A stretch of DNA of 64,000 nucleotides from Anaeramoeba ignava BMAN (taxonomy: Eukaryota; Protista; Anaeramoebae): positions 112,487-176,486 of the forward strand of contig JAPDFW010000117.1 in the NCBI GenBank assembly GCA_028826165.1. The letters are read 5' to 3'. Of this stretch, positions 63,301-64,000 are shown one piece after another. Each line of letters begins with the position of its first letter. Position 1 is the stretch's first letter. Made by a program: the position numbers and the translations under genes. Under the pieces are notes generated by a model. It saw nothing but the letters and a program-made list of their open reading frames with translations. It was not told the DNA's origin and made no database searches.

Positions 63301-64000
63301 AACCTTTTTCAATTAGTAATTCAATAATTTCTTTTGAATTTTGATATTTCAAAGCAATATGTAAAGGTATTTCATTTTCATTGTTTTTTGAATTAATATC
63401 AGAACCTTTGGAAATTAACAATTCAATAATTTCTTTTGGATATTTATTTCTCAAAGCAATATGTAAAGGTATTTCATTTTGATTATTTTTTGAATTAATA
63501 TCAGAACCTTTGGAAATTAATAATTCAATAATTTCTTTTGAATATTTATTTCTCAAAGCAATATGTAAAGGTATTTCATTTTCATTATTTTTTGAATTAA
63601 TATCAGAACCTTTTTCAATTAATAATTCAATAATTTCTTTTGGATATTTATTTTTCAAAGCAAAATTTAAAGGTATTTCATTTTCATCATTTTTTGAATT
63701 AATATCAGAACCTTTGGAAATTAATAATTCAATAATTTCATTTGGATATTTATTTTTCAAAGCAATGTTTAAAGATAATACATTTTCAATATTTTTTGAA
63801 TTAATATCAGAACATTTGGAAATTAATAATTCAATAATTTCTTTTGGATATTCATTTCTCAAAGCAATATGTAAAGGTATTTCATTTTCATTATTTTTTG
63901 AATTAATATCAGAATCTTTGGAAATTAATAATTCAATAATTTCTTTTGGATATTTATATTTCAAAAACAGCCTTGAGTATTTCATTTTTCATTATTTTTG
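60363..64000 (-). CDS. ankyrin (at least 26 repeats) + tandem BTB protein (array 2, gene D), 5'-truncated by the window edge
   Basis: Long ORF; stop placed at 60363-60365 by comparison with gene C (one A missing in a homopolymer at about 60375). Confidence 0.85.

Noticed and set aside
63961-63985. Apparent start MKYSRLFL of the 1232-aa ORF
   Set aside because: A locally garbled ankyrin repeat; the gene continues beyond the window
50953-64000. 102-nt periodic repeats with variable segments, superficially CRISPR-like
   Set aside because: In-frame ankyrin coding repeats; no unique spacers or cas genes; eukaryotic context
1-64000. Inteins, transposons, rRNA/tRNA, prokaryotic operons
   Set aside because: No Hint/homing-endonuclease insertion, transposase/RT motif, terminal repeats or structured GC-rich RNA recognised by eye

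Overview
Very AT-rich, gene-dense eukaryotic (protist) DNA with short GT-AG introns (mostly ~55-100 nt), satellite-inflated long introns, N/Q/E/K low-complexity protein tracts and intergenic gaps often <100 nt. The style, including the ankyrin+tandem-BTB expansions, resembles an Anaeramoeba-type metamonad; this is inference only. About 26 protein genes can be reconstructed by hand: RPC8/RPC25, a VPS9 GEF, PSTK, SH3-RhoGAP-SH3, a histidine phosphatase, NOSIP, TANGO6/RTP1, PP2A B56, two TMBIM/BI-1 paralogs, a MoeB/UBA4-like E1, a selenocysteine-lyase-like enzyme, a double ADF-H protein, PAQR, SEC11, a coiled-coil+GRAM protein, a REXO-type exonuclease and eight ankyrin-BTB-BTB genes (two intronless tandem arrays plus one intron-rich gene). 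The most striking observation is the intron-rich ankyrin-BTB-BTB gene (30140-32148, minus strand). It appears to contain six single-codon (3-nt) microexons in three pairs, each pair supplying the two beta-hairpin-tip residues of an ankyrin repeat. These are the same positions that are hypervariable in the intronless paralogs, which look like a recombining, DARPin-like binder library coupled to BTB (putative Cullin-3 adaptor) modules; two of them end in a polybasic CaaX tail. Many 1-nt indels, mostly in homopolymers, suggest an incompletely polished long-read assembly. No rRNA, tRNA, CRISPR array or transposon was recognised.
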